Shown: positions 11,632 through 23,459 of the stretch, piece by piece
Layout of the letters: every line of letters starts with the position of its first letter
Numbering within the stretch: position 1 is the stretch's first letter
Notes under the pieces: model-generated
Seen by the model: only the letters and a program-made list of their open reading frames with translations
The model's database searches: none
Told to the model about the DNA's origin: nothing
Translations under genes and position numbers: made by a program
Source of the DNA: Penicillus capitatus
Taxonomy: Eukaryota > Plantae > Chlorophyta
Length of the DNA stretch: 64,000 nucleotides
Direction of reading: 5' to 3'
Assembly: GCA_965649825.1 (NCBI GenBank)
Contig: OZ287699.1
Location: forward strand, 1,022,477-1,086,476

Positions 11632-14600
11632 ATGCGGTCGACCAAACGAACACTGTTCACGGGTTTTGCTGTGTTGTCCTTCCTGATTTTGTTGACCTCG
11701 CCCACAGCAAACGCGCTAGACATCTTCAATCGCCTGAGCTGGAAGAATCCTTTCGGTTTCCGGAGACAGTCGGAAAAACCGGTTGAAGATGACACGCCAA
11801 AAGAGTCTGAAGCGGTCGTCGTAAAATTCGGACAGCTCCCGACAAAGGACGACGACGTATCGAAAACGATGACAACGGCACTTACGTCACAGTCTGAAGA
11901 AAGCGTTTTCGACCGACCCGTCATTGTTCAAACACCAACGCTCGTTCCAGTCGAGGAGCTGACCGAGGAAGACACACAGCAAGGAGTAACATTTGATGAT
12001 GGGATGCCGATGGAGGATACAGTGGTGATGCCGGTAATAGGATTCGGAATGGGAATCGTGCCTGAGGCAGTAAAGTCATCTCAAGTGTCAGAGCCATTCA
12101 AAATGGATCTACCTTTGAAAAGTTCCTCAGCGGAAGAAATGCCAGTTGCTCAAGATAGTGAGACATCGCAGGCCATGCCACAACTCTTTTCCAAAGAAGT
12201 GATCTCTGTTCCCATGCTCCAAGCAGAACAAGAGAGCATGGAGGAAGAAGTTTCTTCTCCAACGAAAAAGGGCGATGATGTTATATCTAAGCAAAGCAGC
12301 TGGTCCGCATCTGGAATACTGGAGGAAGAGGAGTCCACTCAAATGGAAACGGAACAGATGGCTGAAACAGAGCCACAGACGGGTGATATGCCAATCACAG
12401 GCAGAGGTTTCTGGGGGGACATGTCAACCGTAAGCATACAACACGTAGTCGAAGAGCAGACCAAAGCTGAAGAACCAGTAGTCAGGGAAGAGGTCGCAGA
12501 GGGAAAGCCAGCCAAAACTGAAGAAGAGAAGGCAGAGGAAACAGATCTTGCCTTCAAAGCACTGTTTGACACAACTCACATTAAAGAAGATTTAGCCAAA
12601 GACACCACATCAAAACAGACAGAACATGAATCTAAAGGCGACGAACATCGTGAGACTGAAATGGCAGAAAGTGTGAAAGGCAGTGGCGGTTCTGAAGAAC
12701 AGACAATTGTCCCATTCATTCCAGGGAAAGTCATAATTCCAACAGGACAGAAGAGCCTCGGTTCCGTTCAGACGCCGGTTGATCGACCAGCTTCTCCCAG
12801 CATAGTCCTTCCAGTGAGTTCGATCGTAGCCAAGGGAGAAGAAGAGAGTACCACTGTGCCCGAGGAGCCCACTGCGTCGACGGCGATTTCTGATGTAGAG
12901 AAGGAGGAGGATACCGCCGTGACCGAGGAGCCCACAGTGTCCACAGTCATCTCCGATGTAGAGGAGAAGGAAGAAAAGGGCGCCACTGAAGCCGACAAGC
13001 CAACAGAGTCAACCGCCGTGGCCGAGGAGGAGGATACCGTGGTTCCCGAGGAGCCTACAGTATCAACAGCCATCTCCGATGTACAGAAGGAGGAGGATGC
13101 TGTCATGACCGAGGAGGAGGATCAAGCCGCCATCTCCGAGTCATTGCCCGGTATCGGCGACGAAGAGGAGCCAGTTATCGAAACTCCCTCTCCATCGGAG
13201 GATGCAATCCCATCTGTCTCGCCGATCGAATCGCCACCGACAGAGTCCACGCCAGACTCGTCGCAGGAAGCACCACCACCGGAACCAGAAACGACGTCGA
13301 AGCAGGAACCCGTCGTCGATCCCGAGGACGTCGAAGCCGCAGAGCCGTCTTCGCCAGGACAGTCGCTTGTGCACCCGGAAGAAGAGGATCAAGTCCAGGA
13401 GGAAGAAGAAGATCAAGCATCCGGCTCCTCGGCGACCGGTGAAGATCCTGTCGAATGGTCGACGGGCGCGACGGAGGAGGCCCCCGTGGCAGCGAAGGCA
13501 GCAGGACCTCAGGCGCCGACAACCTTCTATCCATCGGCCATGGGATCTCGGCAACAGGTCTCCACGATGGCTGCCCTGAAGGAGATCTTGGGCAGCGCCT
13601 TCGCCAATGCGACCAACGTCAAGACGGACGTCGAGACGGAGGAAGGAAGAGTGGCCATCCTGATCGAGGAGGGCGGCGATCTGCAGCTGGAGGGACTGGC
13701 GATCGGGCCCATGGAGGGCGTGGACGTCCTCGTGAAGGTCGCCGCCGGCGGAGAGCTGAGACTCGACGACGTCTCCATTCGCGATCGTCCGCAGCGCCGA
13801 CTCAGGAAGGCCCTGAACGGCCGGGCCTCGATCAAGACGGGTCTGCTCGTCGACGGCGGCTCCGTCGTGTCCATCCGCGACTCCACCTTCGAATCGGCCA
13901 CCGACACGATGATCAGGGTCGCCGGAGGATCCCATCTCTCCTGCTCGGGATGCGTCTTCAGCAACAACGCCGGAGACAGAGGGGGAGCGCTGCTCGTCCG
14001 GGATTCGACCCTGCACCTCCGATCGTGCAGGATGACGGACAACTCTGCGAACACGGGAGGCGCCATCCACTTCGACGCAAGCGGCAGCGCTGCGGACTTC
14101 GATGCCTCTGTGCTGATCGAGGACACTCTGTTCTCCAGAAACGAGGCCCGCGGGAGAGGTGCCGGCGTCTACACGAGTTCCGCGCGGGCGATCCACATCG
14201 TAGACAGCAGGTTCCAACACGGCTCTGCGTCAGACGGCGGCGCCGTTTACATTCAGGATGTACGCATTGCTCAGATCGACCGTTCCCATTTCATCGACAA
14301 CAAGGCCGATGGGTCGGGAGGTGGTCTCGTTGCCAAGTCGACTCAGACGCTGTCCGTCCTCAAATCCACTTTCAAGAACAACGAAGCGTCCGGTTCATTT
14401 GCTGGTGCAGGGTTCATCAGCAACTGCAGCGATGCAACATTCAGGTCCACCAATTTCGTTGATAATCGTGCCATGGAAGGAGGCGCATTGGCATACATCG
14501 CCCCTTCTGGACAAGCTGACAAAATCTATCTCCAGAACACTCTGTTTGAAGAAAACAATGCAGAGAAAAGGGGAGGAGCACTACTGATCCAAAGAGACAG

Positions 14601-15249
14601 AGACGACGATATAACAGAAATCTCACAGTCTCTCTTGGCATTGGTAAATCGTACTGCTTTCATCTCAAACTCTGCACAAAGAGGAGGTGCAGTATTCGTA
14701 TCTTCGCAAGATGTGGAAAAATCCGATGTGAAGATTTCAGTTAGCAGATCGAACTTCACGCAGAATAAAGCGCACGAAAAGGGAGGTGGAGTATTTTGTG
14801 ATAGTTCGACCGTGGTGTTTTCCTACGCCTATTTTGAGCACAACGAAGCTGCTGAAGCCATGAATTGTGCCGAGCATTGTGGTTGTCAGGTAAAGTACTC
14901 TTACACGTGTTCAAGCTTAATATTTTTTGTTCAGGCAACGTTGGAAAACCCGTTGTCACATCTCTCTGATAATGTTGTACGGAGCAGGTGGATTCAGGAT
15001 ACGTGTACAAGAGACGACGTCCATTCAATTACCGAATCTGAGAACAACGGCGCGCATCTCATGGTGTACATCTATGTGACACTGAGTGTTGTGCTTGTTT
15101 TCCTGATCATGGCCATTGTGATCGTCGTTAAGAAGCGCACCACGTTCACTGAACGAAGAACAAGTCGTTTGACACACAGAAGTCTGTCAAGCTATGTCGG
15201 TCCAAGTCGGTCTCAAAGTGCCATGTCTGTACCGTTTCAGCGAGAGTAA
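11632..15249 (+). CDS. Type I membrane surface protein with signal peptide, long acidic S/T/E/P-rich stalk, Pmp-like beta-helix and TM helix; paralog B
   Basis: 1205-codon ORF. Signal peptide MRSTKRTLFTGFAVLSFLILLTSPTANA, FxxN/GGA repeats, TM LMVYIYVTLSVVLVFLIMAIVIVV followed by KKR. A probable 45-bp in-frame intron at 14890-14934 lies at the same position (after HCGCQ) as the intron in paralog A. Confidence 0.85.
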   Translation: MRSTKRTLFTGFAVLSFLILLTSPTANALDIFNRLSWKNPFGFRRQSEKPVEDDTPKESEAVVVKFGQLPTKDDDVSKTMTTALTSQSEESVFDRPVIVQTPTLVPVEELTEEDTQQGVTFDDGMPMEDTVVMPVIGFGMGIVPEAVKSSQVSEPFKMDLPLKSSSAEEMPVAQDSETSQAMPQLFSKEVISVPMLQAEQESMEEEVSSPTKKGDDVISKQSSWSASGILEEEESTQMETEQMAETEPQTGDMPITGRGFWGDMSTVSIQHVVEEQTKAEEPVVREEVAEGKPAKTEEEKAEETDLAFKALFDTTHIKEDLAKDTTSKQTEHESKGDEHRETEMAESVKGSGGSEEQTIVPFIPGKVIIPTGQKSLGSVQTPVDRPASPSIVLPVSSIVAKGEEESTTVPEEPTASTAISDVEKEEDTAVTEEPTVSTVISDVEEKEEKGATEADKPTESTAVAEEEDTVVPEEPTVSTAISDVQKEEDAVMTEEEDQAAISESLPGIGDEEEPVIETPSPSEDAIPSVSPIESPPTESTPDSSQEAPPPEPETTSKQEPVVDPEDVEAAEPSSPGQSLVHPEEEDQVQEEEEDQASGSSATGEDPVEWSTGATEEAPVAAKAAGPQAPTTFYPSAMGSRQQVSTMAALKEILGSAFANATNVKTDVETEEGRVAILIEEGGDLQLEGLAIGPMEGVDVLVKVAAGGELRLDDVSIRDRPQRRLRKALNGRASIKTGLLVDGGSVVSIRDSTFESATDTMIRVAGGSHLSCSGCVFSNNAGDRGGALLVRDSTLHLRSCRMTDNSANTGGAIHFDASGSAADFDASVLIEDTLFSRNEARGRGAGVYTSSARAIHIVDSRFQHGSASDGGAVYIQDVRIAQIDRSHFIDNKADGSGGGLVAKSTQTLSVLKSTFKNNEASGSFAGAGFISNCSDATFRSTNFVDNRAMEGGALAYIAPSGQADKIYLQNTLFEENNAEKRGGALLIQRDRDDDITEISQSLLALVNRTAFISNSAQRGGAVFVSSQDVEKSDVKISVSRSNFTQNKAHEKGGGVFCDSSTVVFSYAYFEHNEAAEAMNCAEHCGCQVKYSYTCSSLIFFVQATLENPLSHLSDNVVRSRWIQDTCTRDDVHSITESENNGAHLMVYIYVTLSVVLVFLIMAIVIVVKKRTTFTERRTSRLTHRSLSSYVGPSRSQSAMSVPFQRE

Positions 15250-16634
15250 TCGATCTCCTACTCTAAGATGATATCTAACACATATCGATGCAGAGATGGA
15301 GATGATGACGCAGAAAGAGTGCAACAGCCAAGTTTGTTGCCATCTCGTACATTTGGAGAAATGGATTACTATGTCAAGGAAGGTCGCGCCCGACAGGCTC
15401 AGACGTATGATCACGCTGTAAGCCACGATACCGCGATGCATTGTTCGAAGATCTGACGGATGACTGTACAGATGTATGTAGAAGAGCAGGAAAGCGCATC
15501 TTTGGCCCAGACGCTTTCAGCTGATCACGCTTTCTTCGAAGCGGAGTTTCGTGATGATGAGCTTGAAACTCCGTTGATCCCAAAGCTGGCCAATATTCCA
15601 GAGATTGACAGTCATCCATAATTTGATGACCGCATGCAGACAAGGGTTTCAGGTTCTCGCGTGCATTTGTTCGTTTCTGTACATTCTTCCTTTTGTATCC
15701 AACTGTCATTAGAAGATTACATTTCATTTTTTTACTCCGTTACTACACGAGGGCGAGGACCGTGGATGGAACAGTCTGCATGCACCTTGAGCAATTGATG
15801 GTATCCAAGTGACGCCCCATGACTTGACTGGAGGGACTTAATGACCATTTTCTTTATCTATTTTACGGAAACGACGATTCACAGATTCAATGGCTTGCGT
15901 TGAGAGTCATGAAAGTAACCGTTTTCCGATGCAATGACAGTGGATGGGATCTAAAGATCGATGCAGTTACTGTGCGCTCTTACAGACACAAGCATACGAC
16001 ATCGGTTTTTAAACTGACATACCCGAGATTGCATATTCACATCAGGAATTGTCTCTTCCAGTCGACGGCGATCCGGAAATGGTTAGAGTGGTGCATGAAA
16101 AGAGTTTTCTTTTCTGCCATTTTCCGAGCTGAATGTCCAATGTGTAGAAAGCTGTGCCCATTGATGAGGTGGCCAGTTTGACAGTTGTTACGTCACATGT
16201 CGCTGTTTTAGTCACACATATCGATCGCCGTTGTGTTACGGACTATTCTAGTGAAACGTAGAGAGGGCTGGCGCGTTGTTGACTTTATCTGTTCAGCCTT
16301 GATTTTAAAGAAGAGCACCAAAGATGACAAACATCGATTGCCTATCATTACGACATCTGGAGGAATCGCCATCCACTTCGCGACATGATGATCTCGCTCG
16401 GTGGGAACAAGATCCTTGTGGAAGCAATGTTTGGCGCCTTTCGCACCGGAAATGGCGTCGGCTCTTGTGTCTGATCGACGTATCACGTGTAGCGTGAAAA
16501 ATTCTTGGATGCTCCGTCATGTCTCGACGCACTTTTCGACTCGAGAATCAGAGCTCGGTGCCAACGACGGAAGAGAACTTTGGTCGTCGGTTGTTCATTA
16601 GTTCACCTATCCGCCCATCAATCGAGATTTCTGC

Positions 16635-18392
16635 ATGAGCCTTGAAGAGAATTCCACGAAGCATGCCATCGAGAGAGGTCGGTATACTCAGTGAGAAGCA
16701 AATGCAACAGTGCCGTGTGTTATTAGAGTACTCTACGTTGCTCCCTCTTTCTGAAACAACGATTTCTCCCTCCTCGTTGAAATGCATTCTGAAACATGAG
16801 TGGTCGACAACGCCTGCACCTGTAGAGGCATCTTTGACGGACGCTGATCGTGATGAACATCGCAGGGAGATATCAGACACTAAGACACGCGGCAGTCTTA
16901 TCAGCGAGAATGTGCGTCATCCAGTAACGCGATCTGGGCGAGTCGAACCGCAGATAGAAAAGACCAGCTCGGAATGGATTGATATTTGCAACCGGAAAGA
17001 AGCGGAAGATGACGCCGACGCTGTAGTATCTGCATCCACTCGGCGATCACTCAACGAAGCTACGAGCGAAAGCGAGATGGTTGCTAGCGAGAACGCAACA
17101 GACGACGCATCTTTGTGCTCGATTCTGACTGGACATCAAGATGACATGAGCTTTACTGGTATGCTCTTGTGGCAAGGCCGAGGTGTTTGAGTTTTCCTTC
17201 AGATATAACGAGGGCGCTGAGTTCGTGGCAGCAGCAGAAAGAGGAGCTCAGACACGAGAACCAACAGCTTGATCGTCTTCTTGAAGAAATGCGAGTGGCA
17301 TCATTTGTCGACTTGTCAACGACAAAAGACTCTCTGAGCTTTAAGGAGAACGTTGAATTTTTGGAACAAACACTGCAGTACAAAACAGAACGGATTCTGG
17401 ATCTGGAGAAAAGACTAAAGGCATCGGAGAAAGAGAAGCTGCAACTGTTAGAAAGAATCGGCGCTTCCGAGGAAGACAAGAAAAAAACATTACAGTTCAA
17501 AAGAGAACGTATTCTGGACCTGGAGAACAGACTAGAGGCGTCGGAGAAGGAGAAATCGCAACTCGTGGAGAGAATCGACGCCGCAGAGGAAGAGAAGAAA
17601 CAGACGACTGAGCAACTGGAGAGTGTCGCAAAAGAGAAAGACGGCTATGAGATCGCCTATACTCAAGCCCAGACAGAAATAACAGCAATCCAAGAGCGGT
17701 GCCACCAGAAGGAACAGCAACTCCATTCACTCGCAAGACAGCTCTCTGATATGGAGTCTGAGGCGGCAGACAAAACGAAGAAACCGAAGATGCTGTTCAG
17801 GCGGCTGACGAATGTGCTAGCACGAAAGGAGCAAAGCAAAGATGCCTCTCCGACTAGCGTCTTGGCTTTGTCGGAGTCCATACCTTTATCCGAAGCGACG
17901 GAGTCTGCCTGCAGGAATGGTCCACGCGATACAGAGAGCGGTGAAGTTATGGAGCCGCCATCGCCAGTGGTCACTAGCGTCGAGAAGGGAGAATCGGAAG
18001 ATATTCTGTCGGCTGGCCAGATGCTATTAATGGCTAGAAAGCAGCTGCAGCATCAGGAGCTTCACCTCGACGAGCTGCGCTGCCAACTGCGCCGAGAAGA
18101 ACGTGTTCGGATGAATCTGGAACGCCTTTTGCTGGAAGGAAACGAGCTGATGCATTCGTTGGTCGTTGGATGCAAAACGCGACTACGAAGCGCACACTCC
18201 TCTCTGTTGGAGACGACGAAAGCGGGATGGACAGTGGAGAACGAGCAGCTTTGGGTCTGTGAACTGGAGAGCATCATTGCTTTCTTGGATAAGATTCCGC
18301 CGCCTGACGCATCGAAGACAGACGACGAAGGTTTCATTGAACCGCCGCTGCATCCGGAAGAGATCCGCTCGGAGTCGATGAAGATCGTCTAG
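16635..18392 (+). CDS. Coiled-coil protein of unknown function (5' end uncertain)
   Basis: ORFs 16642-17190 and 17169-18392 join in frame via a GTATGC...CAG intron at 17159-17202. E/K/L/Q-rich heptad sequence; no family recognised. Confidence 0.6.
17373..17606 (+). repeat. Internal 117-bp (39 aa) tandem duplication in the coiled-coil gene
   Basis: LQYKTERILDLEKRLKASEKEKLQLLERIGASEEDKKKT versus LQFKRERILDLENRLEASEKEKSQLVERIDAAEEEKKQT. Confidence 0.9.
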
Positions 18393-18775
18393 GTTACTAT
18401 ACCTGTCGGTGTACACCTTGACTGTGGTGGATACTGTGCTGCTTACATTAACGTGCCGATGGGCAACGGGATGGAAATCGTCTCACGGAGATTCGTGCGG
18501 GTGCTTGGAAACGAGGGTGTGTGTGGAAACGAAGGCGAGCTTTGTTGTAAACGTATTTGGAATCTTTGATACACTGGCTTGTTCCAACAGTAGGAACTCC
18601 GTGTTCGGCGATGTGTATTGCCGAACTGCAAAAGGGAGAAGCTTCAGCATCTCCATCCATCCAACACGCGTTGCGTATGCAATCGAGCAATGTTTACAGA
18701 TTCTTTCGCGGACGAAATTTAAGAACAACTGAAACGGAGTTCGAAATCAGGTTCTAAGACTGTGAAAGCGACTTA

Positions 18776-21700
18776 CTATGCGTCGTCAAAAAAGCTGTCG
18801 CATTCGAGGTGCACAAGTGTGACTGTGCGGTTTGTTCCGGAGACACCGATGAGTCCATCAGCTTCTTCAATCACCTAAGGGCAACAATGAGATTTTTCAT
18901 GGCTAGAAGGAGAATTACATCCGTTTTGTGCGAGATGACAAAGTATTGAGCATCATGCTGTTTCTGAATATACGTCATCACTTGATGAGCATTGCGCTTG
19001 TCCAATGCGCAGTCCAACTCGTCAAAGAAATAGAAGGGACAGGGAAAAGAAGCCTGCAGAGCAAACGACAGGGCGAGAAACACAACACACTGTTGCCCGA
19101 TCGACAACATAGCAAAACGCCCACCACTCGCAAGACGTCGATCTGGCCTACGTCACACTCTCTGAGCTGTCATTCAAAACGGCCGATACGGTTACTTGCA
19201 ATAGAGATCAACACCCTCACGAAAAAGAAGAGAAGGGTTCTTCGCGAAGTGACAGTGAGCGTCGCCTTCTCCTGAAGTCAAGAAGCCATAGATCTGTTCC
19301 AGATGGAGGTTTATGGAGTCCAGGGCTTGCACAAGCGTCTGATAGCGCTGATTTTCAAGACTGGCTTTCTCCGTGAGATTGTCGGATGCGCTTTTCTGGA
19401 GGAGATTGCGATCGAACTTGAGCTTCTCGATCTCGCCCAGAAGACAGAAATCTTGAAAGAGCACGTCTCGTTTTAGAATGGACGCTGCTGTTTTCAATCG
19501 CTCCTCTTCGGCTGTCAGATTCAGCCATTCGCGTTCAAAATCGACAGACGTCTTCCATGGACATCGCTGTTTTCCTCTGTCGCAGCTCAGATGCAGGAAG
19601 AGGAGATCCTCCATCTCTTGCTCGAAACCCATTTGTTCCCTCACAAACTGCCGAGCGCTCTTCTCTGATCGAGTATTCCCTGACGAAACATCCTCATCAA
19701 CGCAGAGAAAGAGGATCACATACGACGCCTCTTGTGGCCTTGTCCTTTTTGCGTTCTGACGTGAGGTCTTTTGTTTCTATAGCGAGAGGCGTTTGCATTC
19801 AGCCGTCTCTTCTTTTTCTGCATCGAGAGCAGTGCTTCGAGAGAGGCTTGAAGTTGACTCTTTAATTTGTCCACAGAGTGGCTCGTTTTCTGAAACAACC
19901 GTTCCTTCTCATCCAAGTCGTCTCTGATTCTATTGCCCTGTGTTTTGGATTGCTTAAGGTCGGACTCGGATGCAGCAATCTTCTCGTACAAAGCATTACT
20001 CTCTTCCCTGGCCACATAAAGGACCAGTTAATAATGAATGTGCAGTTGGTGGGGTTGGTTTTGTTACTTTAGCTGCTCCAGTTCTGTCCTCTGTCGATCC
20101 ACCTGTCCCTCGAGAATTCGAATACGATTGGCAAGAGCGTCGGCCGCATCCCGTAGCTTCTCTGCTTCATGTTGTCTCTCTTGGCAACCGTCGAGAATAT
20201 CTTGTTGGATCGTGCACTCCATCTCTAACTGTCTCTTCCTTTCACTGAGAGTCGCTTCCTGACACAAGAGGCTTTCTACCGTGTCTTCCACCTTCAAAAG
20301 TTCTTCCTTGCCATACCATCGAAGTCTGAGATCGTGGTACGCTGCCTAGACATGAATAATAGAGGACAGTAGTGGGAAACGAAAGAAGACTTTGGCTCGA
20401 TTCAGATCTGTCTGGATCGATTGCTGCTCGGCATCAGAAGACTGTGCACATTGCCTCAGACGACTCTCTTCGCTCTCCAGCTGTGAACGCAGGTTCTCTC
20501 TCTGCATCTTCATGTCATGATATAATTGTTCGATGTCGCCAACTGCCTTCCTTTCGCTCTGCAAATTCTTCGAGCACTTCAAATGACAGGTCTCCAGATC
20601 GGCACATTCTTTTTCCACTGTTCTTTCCTGACGATGAACAGACGGTATCAACAGTCTGACGCATGTACAGAGCTTACCGTTAACTCCAACTCCGAAACTT
20701 CTGCTTTCACTTTGTCTATGCCTCTTTTGTCATCTTTACAGGACATTGCCTGACCGAGGTTCCGAAATTCTTCTTGGATCGAACAGGCTGCCCTTAACTG
20801 CGACACTTTTCTTGGCAAACTGATCTCTCCATCCATCTTAAACAAAACACCTTCGCTGTGTAACAACAGCCTGGATGCTATGATGCATCTGTATGCGAGA
20901 AGGGACGCACCTGGTGACGACATTGCAACAGACACGGGATCGTGAGTCTTTTCTGAACTGCACGGCATGCTCTGTCTTGTCGATCAGAATCCACGAGCCT
21001 AACAACGACTGAAACAACGGCAGATATCGAGGATCTCGGATCTCCAGACAATCCAACAAAGACGGCCATTTCTTCGTAGACGCATTCGGTGATGGATCCA
21101 ATTCTGCCAAGATCTTGCAGGTGACCCGGCCAACCTTATTCTTTGAAAAGTATTCGATCACACGTCTTGCCGTTGCGTCGTCCGAAACCACGATCAACGC
21201 AAAGAGGTCCACAATCTCATGCAGGACAGCATTGACAGGAACGCAGTGAATTGGATCCGTCACTCGTGCCAAGCAATGCAATCTCCCGTAAAGAAGGGGG
21301 CGACCATCGGCACCCACCATCCTTGCCTGCAACTCGACAATTGCCGATTGAAATCTGTCACGAGATGCCACTCCATCTGTCTCGGTCGACAGAGACATCC
21401 ATTTCGTCTGTCATCGTCCATGAGAACGAAAACACCAATAAACTCGCCAGGTGCACCTGAGCTGCTATTCTTTTTTCACAGATTGCGTCTTTCTTGATGT
21501 GGATTGCATCTATGGCATGACGCAGGCGGGTCAGATCTGCTTCGATGCTACGGATGGACGATTTCTTCTGCTCGCGCTGTTGTGTCAGTTCATCTTGCTT
21601 TTGCACACACTCCTGAAACGCCATTTGTAACTGGCGAATGTATTCCTCTGTCTTTTTTGTCTCCGTTCCATCCTGCGCAGCTCTCCATCTAGACGATAGT

Positions 21701-23270
21701 AACTACGCGACCAATATAAGAACATCAGAGCCGCACACAGGTACAGTGATGAAACTTCGATGAGCGATTTCTTCTGTTTTATCTCCTTCGCGATGTGACA
21801 TTTGAGATGCTCTTCTTTGCTGCATCTTCCCTTCCCCAACAAAAGTCGCAATTTTTCGATCTCGAAAACGACGTGTGTGCTCTGTTCGGCCAGAGAATCG
21901 ATCTCGATCTTCTTTTGCGACATCTCGAGTTGTGCCTGAGCACAGCGTTCTTTGTCTTTGCTCTCTGTCTCTTGATAACGCCGCATTTCCGCCATCGTCG
22001 TAGATCGCTGAGCACGGCACTGACGGACAACTGACGCATCACTCTCGATCTGTCAGAGCTGACCTTCATCTACAGAGCAAGTGCGATGCACAGATGACAC
22101 ACCTGTTTCTGTTTTTCCTCTACAGAGACATGACAGCTGTCGAGACGCAACCGGCAGTCTCGTATCTTTTGTGTGGTTTTCTCGACAGCCTCTGCCACGG
22201 CGCAGAAAGACTGCTGACAAGATTCAATACGCATCTCCAGCTTCTCCATCTGTAACATTCAGCCTGACGTCGAGCACCGTCAGTCCACAGACAAAGAACC
22301 AACCTCTTGGATCCTCTTTTTTAGTTGTTGATAGAGAAAAACGGTGAAGGCGGAATGGAAGGAAGCACGTCTCTCTTCCAGTTCTCTTCGTTTTTCCTGT
22401 GTTTCTCTGATCTGGCTCACTTCTGGTGCCATTTCTTCTCTCTCGCACTCCAACCTATCGAAGCATTTTTAAGCGGAGAGCAAATCTATATGAGCATGAC
22501 ATCTGGATCTTCTCTGTTAACTGCAGACATTGTTCTCGATGGGCCGCTTCCTGTTTCTCGATGTCTACGATGCGTTGCCGGATGGATTCTGTTCCGAGAC
22601 AGCTCTCTATATGTTTCATCAAAGTGAGCGGATGCAACGCATCGACAGGTTTCTGGTTTTGCATCACGACAAACCGCCCCATCATTTCGATCGGAACCCG
22701 ATATCCCAGCAGAACCTTCTTCAGCTCATCCTGAAGACCAAGTTTTGATACTCCTCTACCAAACGGCATAGCTACTTGATTAGATAGCCTCCACTTTAGA
22801 GTGACCGAGCCTGACGTTCTCGCCGTGTACAGACATGTACGCGTCGTCGTGATCGTGCGTTTAATATGGAAGTAATGCGAGTCGTCGTCATCGTCGTCGC
22901 CGATCTTGAGCGTCAGGGTAACCTGAACCAGCAAACACACACGGTGGATATCTCTTTCGAGATTTGGTCGGTGTCGATTGCCTGCGCTGATGGGCGACTG
23001 TGGCACAGACGTGCGGTGTGGATGAGTGAGGAGAGATTCTGTCTTCGCACGAGTCGTTCATTGCCTCCTCCCAACGCAAATGCCACAGCCTCGAACTGCG
23101 TTAACCGATGGAACCGTTAGGACGTTGACATTCCACCTTACCAGACAGCTCTTCCCGCTTCCGTTGGCACCGACGACACATGTGACGCGACGAAACGGCC
23201 CGACACGACATTTCTCTCTGAACGCTTTGAATCCATCGACTTCAATTTGATAGAGCGAACAGTTCGTCAT
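18776..23270 (-). CDS. Divergent structural-maintenance-of-chromosomes ATPase (SMC4-like or SMC1-like), multi-exon
   Basis: N-terminal head IEVDGFKAF..VGPF..VVGANGSGKS; coiled coils; hinge LYGRL...IVVSDDATA...GRVTCKIL; C-terminal head LSIGQQ..LAL.FALQ..PCPFYFFDELDCALD and QYFVISHK. SSLIH, GEGDAH and FREGV segments look more like SMC4. Confidence 0.85.
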
Positions 23271-23459
23271 GAAACGCCCCAATGCCGATAGGGATGATGA
23301 GGATGGCGATGGGCAAATCAACGTGGATGCGGCAGAAGTTACGAACGACTGCGAGGTCGGCGAGACGGTATCCGTAGCCGTCACATCATCGCGATCGCAG
23401 AATTGGCCTTCTGGTGCATTCTACCACATTCCACCTGACAAAGGACAACGCTACTATGT

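Noticed and set aside
15247-15456. In-frame ORF directly after the TAA of paralog B, suggesting TAA/TAG=Gln recoding (as in some ulvophytes) or readthrough
   Set aside because: ISCU (TAG), phosphorylase (TAA), RPS14 (TAA after KASW) and CDC50 (TAA) end at their expected C-termini, and no conserved exon examined needed an internal TAA/TAG. The standard code fits.
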